A stretch of 64,000 bases of DNA from an uncultured Gammaproteobacteria bacterium. Its GTDB lineage: Bacteria > Pseudomonadota > Gammaproteobacteria > Chromatiales > Chromatiaceae. Position 1 is the first letter of the stretch. Each line of letters opens with the position of its first letter. The notes beneath the pieces are model-generated. The model was not told the origin of the DNA, searched no databases, and saw only the letters and a program-made list of their open reading frames with translations. The stretch is from positions 54,529-118,528 of the forward strand of contig CAVWYD010000009.1 of assembly GCA_963759055.1 (NCBI GenBank), read 5' to 3'. This document shows positions 17,901 to 28,491 of the stretch, one piece after another. Both the position numbers and the translations under genes were made by a program.

Positions 17901-19818
17901 GTTGTCGCGACACATACGCCTGCTGGGGGCGTTCAATCACCAGCACATCTTCCTCGATCCGGATCCCGATGCCGGGAAGTCATACACGGAGCGCGAACGG
18001 CTGTTCCGTCTACCGGGTTCGAGTTGGTCGGATTACGATCGTCAGCTGATCTCGCAGGGTGGCGGCGTCCATGCACGCACGGCGAAATCGATCGTGCTGA
18101 CACCCGAGGTGCAGGCGATGCTTGGACTCAAGGTGGACAGATTGACGCCGAACGCGCTGATCCACGCCATGCTGAAGGCATCGGTCGATCTGTTGTGGAA
18201 TGGCGGGATCGGCACCTATGCCAAGGCCTCGTTCGAGACGCATGATCAGGCCAGTGACAAGACCAACGACGGCCTGCGCGTCGATGCCCGGGATCTGCGC
18301 TGCCGGGTCGTCGGTGAGGGGGGTAACCTGGGTTTCACGCAGCTGGCCCGGGTCGAGTATGCCCTGCGTGGCGGTCTGATCTACACCGATGCCATAGATA
18401 ATTCAGCCGGTGTCGATTGTTCCGACCATGAGGTCAATATCAAAATCCTGCTCGACAAGGTGGTCGCCAATGGCGATATGACCACCAAGCAGCGTAATCA
18501 GCTGCTGGCTGAAATGACGGATGATGTGGCGCGTCTGGTTCTCGCAGACAACTATTCCCAGACCCAGGCGGTAAGTATCGTCGTTGCGGGCGGCGCCCAG
18601 AAGCTTTACGAGCAGGCACGGTTCATGGATCTGCTGGAACACACGGGCAGATTCAACAGGCTGCTCGAGGGCCTGCCCGATAAAAAAGCGATCACCGAGC
18701 GTCTCGCGTTGGCCCAGGGGCTCACGAAGCCGGAAGTCGCGGTACTGCTTGCCTACAGCAAGATGAATTACTTCGAGGCAATCGTTGCCTCGGATATCCC
18801 CGACGACCCGTTCGTGCAGGATCGTCTGTCGCAGTATTTCCCTCCCGTACTCGGTAAACGCTTTGCCGAGGAGATAAAGGGACACCGTCTGCGACGTGAA
18901 ATCATCGCGACCTCGATTGCCGGAAGCATCAGCGACCATGTCGGACCGGGGATCGGGTTTCGTGTGCGCGAAGAGGTGGGTTCGGATATCGCCGGGGTAG
19001 TGCGCGGCTATATTGTCGCGAGTGAGATTTTCGACACCAATACGATCTGGGGGCAGATAGAGGCCCTCGACAATCAGGTCGGCGCGACGGTGCAGATCGA
19101 GATGTTGTCTACCGTTGCGGGGTTTCTCGAACAGACCCTGACGGCCGTGCTTCGTTCGTACAAAGACTGTCTGAATATGGAAGTGCTGCGGGAGCGCTTC
19201 CATGACGGGGTGGCAGAGCTGGCGGGCGCCATGCCGAATCCACTGGCGGCAGATGAAAAACGTGAGTTCGACCGGCTTGTGCGCCACCTGGTGAGGGCTG
19301 GCGTGCCGCGCGAGCTCGCACAACAGGTGTCAGCGTTGATACCGCTGTCGGCCGCGCTGGACATCGTTGAGGTTGCCACGTCGACAGATACGAAGATCGA
19401 GACCGCAGCCTGGGTTTATTCGGCGTTGAGCCACACCCTGGATCTGGATTGGATCGAGCGCCAGATTGCGGGTCTGTCGGTACAGACGCACTGGCATCTC
19501 CTGGCACGGACCAAACTTCAGGCCGCGCTGAATGCGCATAGACGCAGTTTGACCGCCCAGGTCCTGCGTTCGCGTCACAGGGAAAAAAGTGGCCGCGGCA
19601 TACTGGAGCGCTGGGTGCGGCAAAATCGCTCCATGCTGGATCGGCACGATGAGATTATCGCCGAGTTCAAGGCCGGTGCCGTATTCGATTTCGCGATCAT
19701 TTCGCTGATCGTCGCCGGCGTCGGTGAGCTGCTGCCCTCCGGCCTGGGAGTCGAGACGGAGTCTCGAGCGCAAGTGCTTAAGGTCTTACCACCAGCACCG
19801 AGCATGGGGCCTGGTTGA
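14920..19818 (+). CDS. gdhB: Large NAD-specific glutamate dehydrogenase (~180 kDa class)
   Basis: 1632 aa; DMPFLVDS, EGVHLRGGRVARGGLRWSDR, AADKGTATFSDIAN, GIGDMSGDVFGNG and DAIDNSAGVDCSDHEVNIKI. Confidence 0.95.
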   Translation: MFRKNNNRLIRSLSKLLADTPPDGTRPVEAGQLEQLLGVYYRHISPADLEEHDPHDLLGALVAHWRLMRRRRPDEAVVRVYNPEQEEHGWRSTDTIVEVVAQDMPFLVDSISSALNRKGMTIRLTIHPVFGVSRDSKGILTAVHESKSGEKVTSTEAVLRFHVDRQPLHTLAGLERLVSGVIADIKLATSDWLKMKGQAEKIQSELGSRAPQAACPDVDEVRAFLNWMIADHFLFISTCRFVLQVDGEKGVLRLAGDSCLGVLRGGVESGRRAEDWISGLGVDLRAFHYDLVITKANARSSIHRPAYMDCVAVKQRDEQGKVVGLYCLIGLFSSGAYSTPPRQIPLLRKKVDEVFAAAKITPNSHSGRVVANILDNLPRDLLFQIGTKDLLSTTLGVLSLQERQRTRLFIIQDPFGRFFTCLVYLPREHYSRDVRIAVQNILAQALGGTDVVFDTQFSESILARIYYVIRVPVGSQPSFDIDDLEQQVVEVTTTWQDGLRAALFSEVAESRATGYLSDYADAFPGGYREDCHPRIAVKDIQRIERARRDGRLVLHLYYPIAENAEQLHVRLYSMSKPVSLSQVIPILEHMGLSVFGERPYRIRHPAGDAWIHDFATRRSVGRKTVPARVRTLFGDAFLRVWEGDVDDDGFNGLVLRAGLSWKEALLFRAYSRYQHQIKVPYTRAYSIAVLNRHPEVVRKLNRLFRLRFSPDEADAGTQQEKRLQEFENLLENVSSLDEDRILRGFLNLIQATLRTNFYCLNSDGTDRTYLSFKIDPSRIPDVPLPLPMFEIFVFSARMEGVHLRGGRVARGGLRWSDRMEDYRTEVLGLMKAQMVKNTVIVPVGSKGGFVVKNGTAQESREQLMTKVVACYQTLLRGMLDVTDNLVGDELVPPTRVVRHDEDDPYLVIAADKGTATFSDIANQVAAEYGFWLGDAFASGGSVGYDHKLMGITARGAWESVKRHFRELGLDTQSQDFTVIGIGDMSGDVFGNGMLLSRHIRLLGAFNHQHIFLDPDPDAGKSYTERERLFRLPGSSWSDYDRQLISQGGGVHARTAKSIVLTPEVQAMLGLKVDRLTPNALIHAMLKASVDLLWNGGIGTYAKASFETHDQASDKTNDGLRVDARDLRCRVVGEGGNLGFTQLARVEYALRGGLIYTDAIDNSAGVDCSDHEVNIKILLDKVVANGDMTTKQRNQLLAEMTDDVARLVLADNYSQTQAVSIVVAGGAQKLYEQARFMDLLEHTGRFNRLLEGLPDKKAITERLALAQGLTKPEVAVLLAYSKMNYFEAIVASDIPDDPFVQDRLSQYFPPVLGKRFAEEIKGHRLRREIIATSIAGSISDHVGPGIGFRVREEVGSDIAGVVRGYIVASEIFDTNTIWGQIEALDNQVGATVQIEMLSTVAGFLEQTLTAVLRSYKDCLNMEVLRERFHDGVAELAGAMPNPLAADEKREFDRLVRHLVRAGVPRELAQQVSALIPLSAALDIVEVATSTDTKIETAAWVYSALSHTLDLDWIERQIAGLSVQTHWHLLARTKLQAALNAHRRSLTAQVLRSRHREKSGRGILERWVRQNRSMLDRHDEIIAEFKAGAVFDFAIISLIVAGVGELLPSGLGVETESRAQVLKVLPPAPSMGPG

Positions 19819-20206
19819 CCACGTGCGAGCTATTCGAGCCCAGAAAGACCTTGCTGATGTCGTTTTTGCGTGCAGGCATTACGACCAGGTCTATGTTGTG
19901 CTTTTCAATATACTCGACGATTACTTTGCGAGGGCTGCCTTCTCGTACTGCACAGTGGACATCGGCCGGTTGCTTGAAGTGTGCGTCGACAAACTTTTTG
20001 AGTTCCACACAGGTCTCTTCGTGGGCATTCTTGATCGCGTCTTCCGGGAAATAGCTGGCCACCAGAGAACTGCTGAAATCAGGTATCGCGGTCAAGACGG
20101 TGAGATTTGCACCATAGTGTTCGGTAAGCTCCTGCGCGGTCTCTATCGCCCGCCCGATGAGCTTGGTTTCGTCCATGTTGATGGGTAGCAGAATTTCCTT
20201 GAACAT
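19778..20206 (-). CDS. Universal stress protein (UspA family; TeaD-like position after a TRAP permease)
   Basis: MFKEILLP, GSPRKVIVEY, DLVVM and FLGSNSSHVVNQAPCSVLVVR. Confidence 0.9.
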   Translation of the reverse strand: MFKEILLPINMDETKLIGRAIETAQELTEHYGANLTVLTAIPDFSSSLVASYFPEDAIKNAHEETCVELKKFVDAHFKQPADVHCAVREGSPRKVIVEYIEKHNIDLVVMPARKNDISKVFLGSNSSHVVNQAPCSVLVVRP

Positions 20207-20220
20207 GATGTGCCTCCAGA

Positions 20221-22817
20221 TCAGGCGGTTTGCGGTACCGACTTCGACGGGCCGTAACGGCGACGCTGAATCCAGGCGATCAATGCGAGTAGCGCAAGGG
20301 CGGGAATGAACATCAGGTGCTTGGGCGGACGCTCGGCCTCGACCTGCATGTTGACGATCTCCCAGTCGAAATCAATGCCGACATTCTGTGCCTCGCTGCC
20401 AAACACGACGTTGTCGGCCAACACCTTGTCACCCTCTACCCGCACCTCAAGGCCCGCATCCGCCAGACGCTGCGCGCCGTCTCGCCGGCTTGCCGAGCGG
20501 CAGCAATACAGTGCGCGTGGTGAATTTGCCATCCAGAGTCTCGCCCTGCACCACCATCTGCAGACTTGCCTTCCGCTGGCACCTTGGCGGCCTGCTCGAC
20601 GATTCGGGTCGCCGGGATGATCTCGGTCGGGGCATAGATCTCGTCCCACCAGAAGCCCGGGCGGAACAGGGTGAACGCAACAAGCAGCAGCGCCAGCGAT
20701 TCCCAGAGGCGGCTCTTGACCAGCCAGTAACCCTGCGTGGCCGCGGCAAACAGCAGCATGGCGATGGTCGCCGAGGCGATGACGATAATCAGTTCAAACC
20801 AGCCGTCGATACCGATCAGCAGCAACTGGGTGTTGAAGATGAACAGGAACGGCAGGATGGCGGTTCGGATGTCGTACATGAAGCCCTGGATGCCGGTCTT
20901 TATCGGATCGCTCTTGGCGATGGCCGCGGCGGCGAAGGCCGCCAGACCGACCGGTGGCGTGTCGTCCGCCAGGATGCCGAAATAGAAGACGAACATGTGC
21001 ACCGCGATCAGCGGCACGATCAAGCCATTGGCCGAGGCCAGCGAGACGACCACCGGCGCCATCAGGCTGGACACCACGATGTAGTTGGCGGTGGTCGGCA
21101 GGCCCATGCCCGAGGATGATGCAGATCATCGCGGTGAAGATCAGCGCCAGCATCAGGTAGCCGCCCGAGATGAATTCGACGAACTCGATCATCACCTGGC
21201 CGATGCCGGTCAGCGTGATGGTGCCGACGATGATGCCGGCGGCCGCGGTGGCAACGCCGATGCCGATCATGTTGCGTGCGCCATGCGCCAGGCCGTCGAT
21301 ACATTCGGTAAAGCCGCGTTTCAGCTGGCCGTGCAGATCGCGTCCGCGGAAGAAGGCCAGCAGCGGTCGCTGGGTCAGCACGATGAAGATCATCAGCACG
21401 GTCGCCCAGAATGCGGACAGGCCCGGGCGAGAAGCGTTCGACGATCAGGCACCACATCAGCACCACGATCGGCAGCAGGAAGTACAGACCGGCCTTGACC
21501 GTCGGCCCGGTCTCCGGCAGCTCCAGCACCGGGTCGTCCGGGTCGTCCATCTGCAGTTCGGGATAGGTCGTTGCAAATTTCAGCAGGCCGACATAGGCGA
21601 CCGTTACCAGGACGCCGACGATGTAGATGGCCGCGTCGCCGGCGACATCCTTGATCCAGCCGATGCCGTAGTAGACGGCGAAGCCGATCACGCAGATTCC
21701 GCTGACCACGGCGGCGAATGTCATCAGGCGCTGGGCGATGGTGGGGTGATGAAGCTTGGGCAGACCCTGCATGTCGGCCTTGAGGGCCTCGAGGTGCACG
21801 ATATAGAAAAGCGCGATGTACGAAATGACCGCGGGCAGGATGGCGTGCTTGATGACCTCGAGGTAGGAGATGCCGACATACTCGATCATCAGGAAGGCCG
21901 CGGCCCCCATGACCGGTGGGGTCAGCTGACCATTGGTCGAGGCCGCCACCTCGACCGCCCCGGCCTTGGTGCCGGGAAAACCGACCCTTTTCATCAGCGG
22001 GATGGTGAAGGTGCCGGTGGTCGCCACGTTGGCGATCGACGAGCCGGAGATCAGGCCGGTGGTGGCCGAGGCGACCACTGCCGCCTTGGCCGGGCCGCCC
22101 TTCAGGTGCCCAAGCAGCGCAAACGCGACCTTGATGAAATAGTTGCCGGCGCCGGCCTGTTCGAGCATGGCGCCGAACAGTACGAACAGGAACACGAAGC
22201 TGGTCGATACGCCGAGCGCGATACCGAACACGCCTTCGGTGGTCAGCCACTGGTGCGACATCACCTTGTGCAGGCTCTGGCCTTTGTGCGCAATCACGTC
22301 CGGCATGTATGCGCCACCGAAGGTGTACACCAGGAAGACGATGGCAACCATCATCAGCGGTGGTCCCGAGCGCCCGTCGGGTCGCCTCGAGCAGCATCAG
22401 CATGCCGATCACGGCGACGACCAGGTCGTACGTCGTCGGGGCGCCGGAGCGGCCCGACAGCTCGGTATAGAAGAGATAGATATAGGCCGCACTGAATGCG
22501 CCCAGGGCGGCAAAGATCCAGTCCTGGATCGGGATGTGGTCGCGCGGCGAGCGTTTGAACGCGGGAAATGCGGTGAAGGCGAGGAATATCGCGAACGCCA
22601 GGTGGATCGACCTGGCCTCGGTGTTGTTGAACACACCGAACTTGAACAGGAAGGGCAGGGGTGACGCGTACCACAGCTGGAACAGCGACCAGGCAAGGGG
22701 TACACCGAACAGGAGTTTTCCGGGAATGCCCGCCGGATGACGTGCGCCGGTATCGACCTGTGCGACCAGGTCCTCGGCGTCAGTAGCTGACGGTTCGGGT
22801 TTGTTGTTTTCTGCCAC
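20221..22817 (-). CDS. TAXI-TRAP transporter fused 4TM/12TM permease (about five apparent frameshifts)
   Basis: Consecutive frames give RSIHLAFA, EGVFGIALGVS, GGPAKAAVV, GSSIANV, ASTNGQLTPPVMGAAAF, MGLPTTANY, LADDTPPVGLA and a DUF3394-like tail. GTG start at 22817 with GGGGGAG RBS. Confidence 0.85.
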
Positions 22818-22980
22818 GGCTCCCCCCTGGGAAACGCTCACCGATTGCGCTTCGTCTGGCCTCCTGATCGCCGGTCTTGTTGCAGCTGTCTCAACTGTGC
22901 AAACGCGGCCGGTACAACCTTTGGTATGAGAACGCCCGGCGCCGGCAGCGTTCATGCGCCGCCGGGCCGGGCAGGCCGTC

Positions 22981-23952
22981 TTACATCAGGCCGGCTTCCT
23001 TGTAGTATTTCGTCGCACCGTCGTGCAGTGGTGCCGACAGGCCGTCCTTGGTCATCTCTTCCTTGGTCAGGTGCCCGAATGCCGGATGCAGCTTGCGGAA
23101 GTCGTCGAAGTTTTCGAACACCGCCTTGACCACCTGGTAGACCGTTCCTTCCGGTGTGTTGGTCGATGATACGAAGGTGGCGGCGACACCAAAGGTGCTG
23201 ACGTCATCCGGGCTGCCGGTGTACATGCCGCCAGGTATCACCGCCTTGCGGTAGTAGGCGTTATCGGCGACCAGTTTATCGATCTCCGGGCCGCTGACTG
23301 ACACCAGTACCGTGTCGCAGGAGGTCGTGGCCTCCTTGATCGAGCCGTTGGGGTGGCCCACCGTATAGATCATGGCGTCGATCTTGTTGTCGCAGAGTGC
23401 CTGCGACTGTTCGGCGGCCTTGAGCTCGGATACCAGCGTGAAGTCATCGTTGCTCCAGCCCTTGGCGGCCATGACGACCTCCATGGTGCCGCGCTGACCG
23501 GATCCCGGGTTGCCGATGTTCACGCGCTTGCCCTTCAGGTCATCGAAAGTCTTGATGCCGGAGTCCTTACGTGCGACCACGGTAAAGGGTTCCGGATGCA
23601 CCGAGAAGACTGCGCGCAGCTCCTTGTTGGGGCCCGCCTCTTCGAACTTGCTGGTGCCGTTATATGCATGGTATTGCCAGTCAGACTGCGCGACGCCCAT
23701 GTCGAGTTCGCCGGCACGGATGGTGTTCAGGTTGTAAACAGATCCGCCGGTCGACTCGACCGAGCAACGTATGCCGTGTTCCTTGCGGCCTTTGTTGACC
23801 AGACGGCAGATCGCGCCTCCGGTCGGATAGTAGACGCCGGTGACGCCGCCGGTGCCGATCGTGATAAACGAGTTGGCGCTGGCTGTGCTCATTGCGCCGA
23901 GCCCGAGTCCCGCGGCTACGGTCGCGCTCAATACGAGTTTTTTTCCAAACAT
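22981..23952 (-). CDS. TAXI-family TRAP solute-binding protein
   Basis: Signal peptide; [30 protein letters not shown] and PLHDGA. Confidence 0.93.
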   Translation of the reverse strand: MFGKKLVLSATVAAGLGLGAMSTASANSFITIGTGGVTGVYYPTGGAICRLVNKGRKEHGIRCSVESTGGSVYNLNTIRAGELDMGVAQSDWQYHAYNGTSKFEEAGPNKELRAVFSVHPEPFTVVARKDSGIKTFDDLKGKRVNIGNPGSGQRGTMEVVMAAKGWSNDDFTLVSELKAAEQSQALCDNKIDAMIYTVGHPNGSIKEATTSCDTVLVSVSGPEIDKLVADNAYYRKAVIPGGMYTGSPDDVSTFGVAATFVSSTNTPEGTVYQVVKAVFENFDDFRKLHPAFGHLTKEEMTKDGLSAPLHDGATKYYKEAGLM

Positions 23953-24277
23953 GGGTATTCCTCCGGATTTGTTGCGTTACGACTGAATTCGTTTTTTTCG
24001 CCAGGGTGCGATCTTCACACGCACCTCTCTCGATTACGACAAGACTTGCTTACGACGGTTCGCATACGCGGCGAGGATAAATTACCCATCCATCGGGTGG
24101 GATGCGTTGATTTCTAACAGATATTTGCCGCTTTTGCGAGTCTGCGGCTGCAGGTCCGCCGACATGATCGACAAGTCTGCATGTAAGCATGTTCTGATGT
24201 GCCGGCCGCCGGGGTGCATTCCGCGCATGGGGTTCGCCTGGATCACGGGCCCGAGCACAGGCATAGATTTCCCGGAT

Positions 24278-24814
24278 TTAACGCAACTGTTCAAGTGCAA
24301 AATTTATGCTGTCGGTTTCGTTGGATAACCAGATCTCACCTTCCTGTATGGTGCACTGCAGATCCATATTGCGCTGTGCGAGTGTCGCCAGTTGTGCGCC
24401 GATTCCATCAGGCAGTTTGAACACCGACAGCTGATCGAATCTTTTGAGCCGCTCCGCGATCTGTTTCCACCAGACGGCAGCTGCGCGGTGCTGATGGCAA
24501 TAGATCAGGACACGCCTGGATCGGGAGCAGGCCTTCTTGATACGCTTTTCATCCGGTTGGCCGATCTCGATCCAAAGTGTCAGCTCGTCGCTCAGAGAAC
24601 GTTGCCATAGCTCCGGTTCGTCATCCTGACTGAGTCCGCGTGTGAAGCCAAGGCCGTCATCGGCGTTCAATGCGAATGCCAGCACGCGAACCATCATGCG
24701 CTCGTCAGTTTCGGAGGGGTGGCGCGCGATCGTCAGTTGATATGTCTGATAGTGGGCGCGATCGAGATCCGACACCTGGAGTGTGCATCGGTGAATGGTT
24801 GCGTTCAGCGCCAT
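24278..24814 (-). CDS. yaeQ: YaeQ family protein
   Basis: MALNATI...ARHPSETDERMMVR...FTRGLS.DDEPELW...WIEIGQPDEKRIKKA. Confidence 0.9.
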   Translation of the reverse strand: MALNATIHRCTLQVSDLDRAHYQTYQLTIARHPSETDERMMVRVLAFALNADDGLGFTRGLSQDDEPELWQRSLSDELTLWIEIGQPDEKRIKKACSRSRRVLIYCHQHRAAAVWWKQIAERLKRFDQLSVFKLPDGIGAQLATLAQRNMDLQCTIQEGEIWLSNETDSINFALEQLR

Positions 24815-24992
24815 GGGCTGATTGAGATATCCTGTGCTTGAAACCGCGGATGGCCGGCCGTTAAATCATGTGAGTAACGACGCGTCGATGTAAGCGGTGT
24901 GCCGTCACAGGCTCAGCATGGGCGAGACCGCCGCAGCTGGCAAGTGTCGTTTCCGTAATCATGGTCCGGTCGAAGCCGGCGAGTTCAGGGAT

Positions 24993-26757
24993 ATGCAATT
25001 CAAACGTTTGCAGCAGATACGTGCTGGTTGGTCAGAGCAGTTGGACGAATCGCGCATTCGTCTGGCCCGCCCGGATGCATTGGTGCCGCTGGCAGTTCTG
25101 GGGCTGTCGACGGGGATCCTGGCGGGAGGCGTAATTGCTCTGTTTCGTCTGTTCGTTGAGGGTATCCAGGACGGTGTCCTCCCCGGTGACGGGCCAGAGA
25201 ACTACGAGTCCTTGCCGGATTGGGCCCGTCTTCTGTTGCCCGTGCTGGCCGCCGTGTTGCTCGCAGTGATGTTTCGCTGGTTCGCAAAAGGCATTCATGT
25301 CCTGGGTGTGGCGCGGGTGATGGAGCGTATGGCGTACCACCAGGGCCGGTGCAATCCGCGCGGATTTCTGTTGCAGTTTTTCGGTGCCGCAATAGCTATC
25401 ATCGGTGGCCACTCGGTCGGTCGCGAGGGGCCGCATATCTTTCTCGGTGCCTCTGCCGGCAGCCTGCTGGGCCAACGCTTGTCCCTGCCCAATAATGTCA
25501 TTCGTGCCCTTGTCGGCTGTGGTGTCGCTGCCGGCATCGCTGCGTCCTTCAACACCCCGTTGGCCGGTGTGGTGTTTGCGCTCGAAGTGGTGATGATGGA
25601 GTACACGGTTGCCAGCTTCATCCCGGTGATTCTCGCCGCGGTCAGCGCGACCACGCTTTCGCGTATGGTGTTCGGCGATGACCAGGCATTCGCGGTGCCC
25701 ATGATGGCGATGGGTTCACTGCACGAACTGATGCTGGTCCTGGTTCTGGGGGTGCTCGCCGGTGCTTTTTCGGCAGGCTTCATCCACATCGTGCAGACCG
25801 TCGCGGGCCGTTCACGTGAGCTCGCGATCTGGTGGCGCATGCTGCTTGCGGGCATCCTGATGGGCGGGGTCGGAGTGCTGTTGCCCGAGGTGATGGGCAT
25901 CGGCTACGACTCGGTGGAAACGGCCCTGAACGGCGGTTTCGCAATCACCCTGTTGGTCGTCCTTCTGGTCGGTAAACTGCTGGCAACCTCGATGTGCATC
26001 GGGCTGGGTGTGCCCGGGGGCATGATCGGGCCGGCGTTGTTTATCGGCGCAATGCTCGGTGCATTGGTCGCGGAACTCGCTACGCTGGTTTCCCTGGGGC
26101 CGGAAAGCCAGGTCGGCTTTTTCGCCTTGCTGGGAATGGGCGCGATGATGTCTGGCAGTCTGCAGGCACCCCTGGCGGCCCTGACCGCCATGCTGGAACT
26201 GACCGACAATCCGGAGATCATTTTGCCGGGCATGCTGGCAGTGGTGGTTGCCGGGATCACGGCCAGCGAGGTCTTCGGCAAGGAGTCCCTGTTTCTCACC
26301 ATGTTGCGCGCCAGCGGCCTCGACTATGGCACACAATCCCGTGTTTCAGGCCCTGCGCCGTGTCGGCGTGGCCAGTGTCATGGAGCGCAGCTTCGTTCAG
26401 GTGGGACAACAGCTCTCGCGCGAACAGGCGAACGAGATCCTGAACGACAATCCGGCCTATCTGCTGATCGGCGGTGACGATGCAGTGCAGGTACTGATGC
26501 CGGCGGTCGAGCTGGCAAAGTTTCTCGAGTCGCCCGATCACGAAGATAGGGAAGCGATGATCGACCTGTTGCGGATTCCGGCGGCAAGGCTGGAGGTCGC
26601 CAGCATCCACCTTCAGGCCAGCCTCCAGGAGGCCTGGACGGCCTTTGAGGAGTCCACGGCCGAGGCGTTGATCGTCGAGCGGATGACCGCGCCGGGGATC
26701 CGGCGAGTCTACGGTGTGCTCATGCCCGAAACGGTGGAAAAGTCATACCGCTTCTAG
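24993..26757 (+). CDS. CLC chloride channel/transporter family protein with C-terminal CBS-like region (frameshift ~26330)
   Basis: SVGREGP, ASFNTPLAG, EVMGIGY and LQAPLA motifs; the tail continues in the 26248..26757 frame. Confidence 0.85.
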
Positions 26758-26760
26758 CCG

Positions 26761-26786
26761 ATCGGCAGGCACAGCCTGCCCTACGA
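26761..26786 (-). repeat. GTAG-type REP-like palindrome, copy 2
   Basis: Minus strand TCGTAGGGCAGGCTGTGCCTGCCGAT (GGCAGGC-TGT-GCCTGCC stem), between the convergent clc and moaB genes. Confidence 0.7.
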
Positions 26787-26829
26787 GACCTGGCCGGTTA
26801 GGCTGCAAATCCGGATCCCGCATGCAGGC

Positions 26830-27351
26830 TCAGGTCTCCAGCAGTCGCGGTATGAGTTCGACCAGGTTGCAGGGGCGGGTGCGATAATCCAACTGATGTG
26901 CGATCAGTTTGCTCCAGCCATCCTTGCAGGCGCCGGATGAGCCGGGCAGACAAAAGATGAAGGTGCCGTTTGCCACACCCGCAAGGGCGCGCGACTGCAT
27001 GGTCGACGTGCCGATCAGGTCATAGGAGATCATCCGGAACGTCTCGCCGAATCCCTCGATAACCTTGTCCAGCAGGGGGCGCACTGCCTCCGGCGTGCCA
27101 TCGCGTCCGGTCAGGCCCGTGCCGCCGGTGGTAATCACTGCATGCACGCCGGGGTCGGCGATCCAGCGCGAGACCGCAGCCCTTATCTGGTACATGTCAT
27201 CGCGAACGATGCATTGCTCCCGAATATGATGGCCGACTTCGGTAGTCATGCGATGCAGCACGGCGCCGGATTTGTCATCCGCCTCGGTTCGGCTGTCGGA
27301 GATGGTCATCAGGGCCAGGTTCAGGGGGATGAATTTGCGTTCTTGGCTCAT
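26830..27351 (-). CDS. moaB: Molybdenum cofactor biosynthesis protein B
   Basis: [34 protein letters not shown] and [10 protein letters not shown]. Confidence 0.93.
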   Translation of the reverse strand: MSQERKFIPLNLALMTISDSRTEADDKSGAVLHRMTTEVGHHIREQCIVRDDMYQIRAAVSRWIADPGVHAVITTGGTGLTGRDGTPEAVRPLLDKVIEGFGETFRMISYDLIGTSTMQSRALAGVANGTFIFCLPGSSGACKDGWSKLIAHQLDYRTRPCNLVELIPRLLET

Positions 27352-27399
27352 GTTTCACTCGCTGGTTTTAGAAACAGCATAGCCGCTCGGACGGGGCCT

Positions 27400-28491
27400 T
27401 CAGGCCGCAACTTCGACGCCGTTGGACAGCCAGATCCGGCAGGCACCTTCGTCCGAGACCATGCAGGGTCCGATCGGGGTGCGCGGCGTGCAGGCCGTGC
27501 CGTATAGCCTGCATTGGTTTGGATAGACTTTGCCCAGTACGACGCGGGCGCAATCGCAGCCGGGTGGCATCTCGCCGGCGCGGCGTCGTTGGTCTTCGCT
27601 GTAATCGTGGAAGCGCACGCGCGCGTCGTTCTTTGCATAGTCTGGGTGTATGGCGAAACCGGAAGCCGGGATCTCGCCGATACCGCGCCAGTTGGCATTG
27701 CTCACGGCCATGGCGGTCATCAGCTGGGCCTTGGCGTCAGGGTTGCCGCCGGGTCTGACAGCCGCCTGATAGCAGTTGTCCAGAAATGCGCGTCCTTCGA
27801 TGTACTGGCGCAGGACGGAGTAGGTGGCGGCCAGCAGGCTCTCGGTGTCGAAACCGGCCACGGCCGCGGGAATCCCGTGATCCTCGGGTACGAAGTTCCA
27901 TTCCTCGGGTCCCATGACGGTGGCCACGTGGCCCGGTGCGATCAGGCAGTCAAACCCGGCCTGTTCGGAGGCGAGCAGCATGGCCACCGCGGGCCAGGTC
28001 AGGCGGCCTGAAAGCAGTACGGAAAGATTGTCAGGGACGCCTTCGACCAGCATGGCGGCCACTGGCGCCGTGGTGGTCTCGAATCCGGCGGCGAAGAAAA
28101 CGACCTGGTTCTCGGGGTTCTGTTCAGCAATCAGGCGGGCTTCCGTCGGTGATGCGATCGGTCGCACATCGGCCCCCGCCGCGCGTGCCTCGGCGAGCGA
28201 GCGGATATCACCCTTCGGCACGTTTACCGGGACGCGCAGCATGTCACCGAAGGCGACCAGGATCACGCCGTCCTGTACCGCGAGCTGGACCGCCTGATAG
28301 ATATCCTCTTCCGGACAGACGCATACCGGGCAGCCCGGTCCGGGGATGATCTCGATGTTGGCGGGGAGCGCGGTGCGCATGCCCGAGAGTGTCACCGAGC
28401 GCTCGTGGCCGCCGCACACGTTCATGATGCGCACCTTGTGCTCGAGGGGCAGGGCACTGATCCGCTCAAGCCACAGACGTGCCTCAGTCAT
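27400..28491 (-). CDS. hypD: Hydrogenase maturation protein HypD
   Basis: MNVCGGHE, GPGCPVCV, GFETT, PGHV and PIGPCMVSDEGAC; start MTEARL overlaps the hypB stop. Confidence 0.93.
   Translation of the reverse strand: MTEARLWLERISALPLEHKVRIMNVCGGHERSVTLSGMRTALPANIEIIPGPGCPVCVCPEEDIYQAVQLAVQDGVILVAFGDMLRVPVNVPKGDIRSLAEARAAGADVRPIASPTEARLIAEQNPENQVVFFAAGFETTTAPVAAMLVEGVPDNLSVLLSGRLTWPAVAMLLASEQAGFDCLIAPGHVATVMGPEEWNFVPEDHGIPAAVAGFDTESLLAATYSVLRQYIEGRAFLDNCYQAAVRPGGNPDAKAQLMTAMAVSNANWRGIGEIPASGFAIHPDYAKNDARVRFHDYSEDQRRRAGEMPPGCDCARVVLGKVYPNQCRLYGTACTPRTPIGPCMVSDEGACRIWLSNGVEVAA

Noticed and set aside
19778-19818. 41-bp convergent overlap of gdhB and usp 3' ends as a regulatory feature
   Set aside because: Short tail-to-tail overlaps are common, and the gdhB tail could be extended by an indel in this error-prone sequence.
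20221-22817. Pseudogenised or programmed-frameshift TRAP permease
   Set aside because: All motifs are intact across frames with no nonsense codons or slippery-site pattern, and housekeeping genes show the same kind of breaks.
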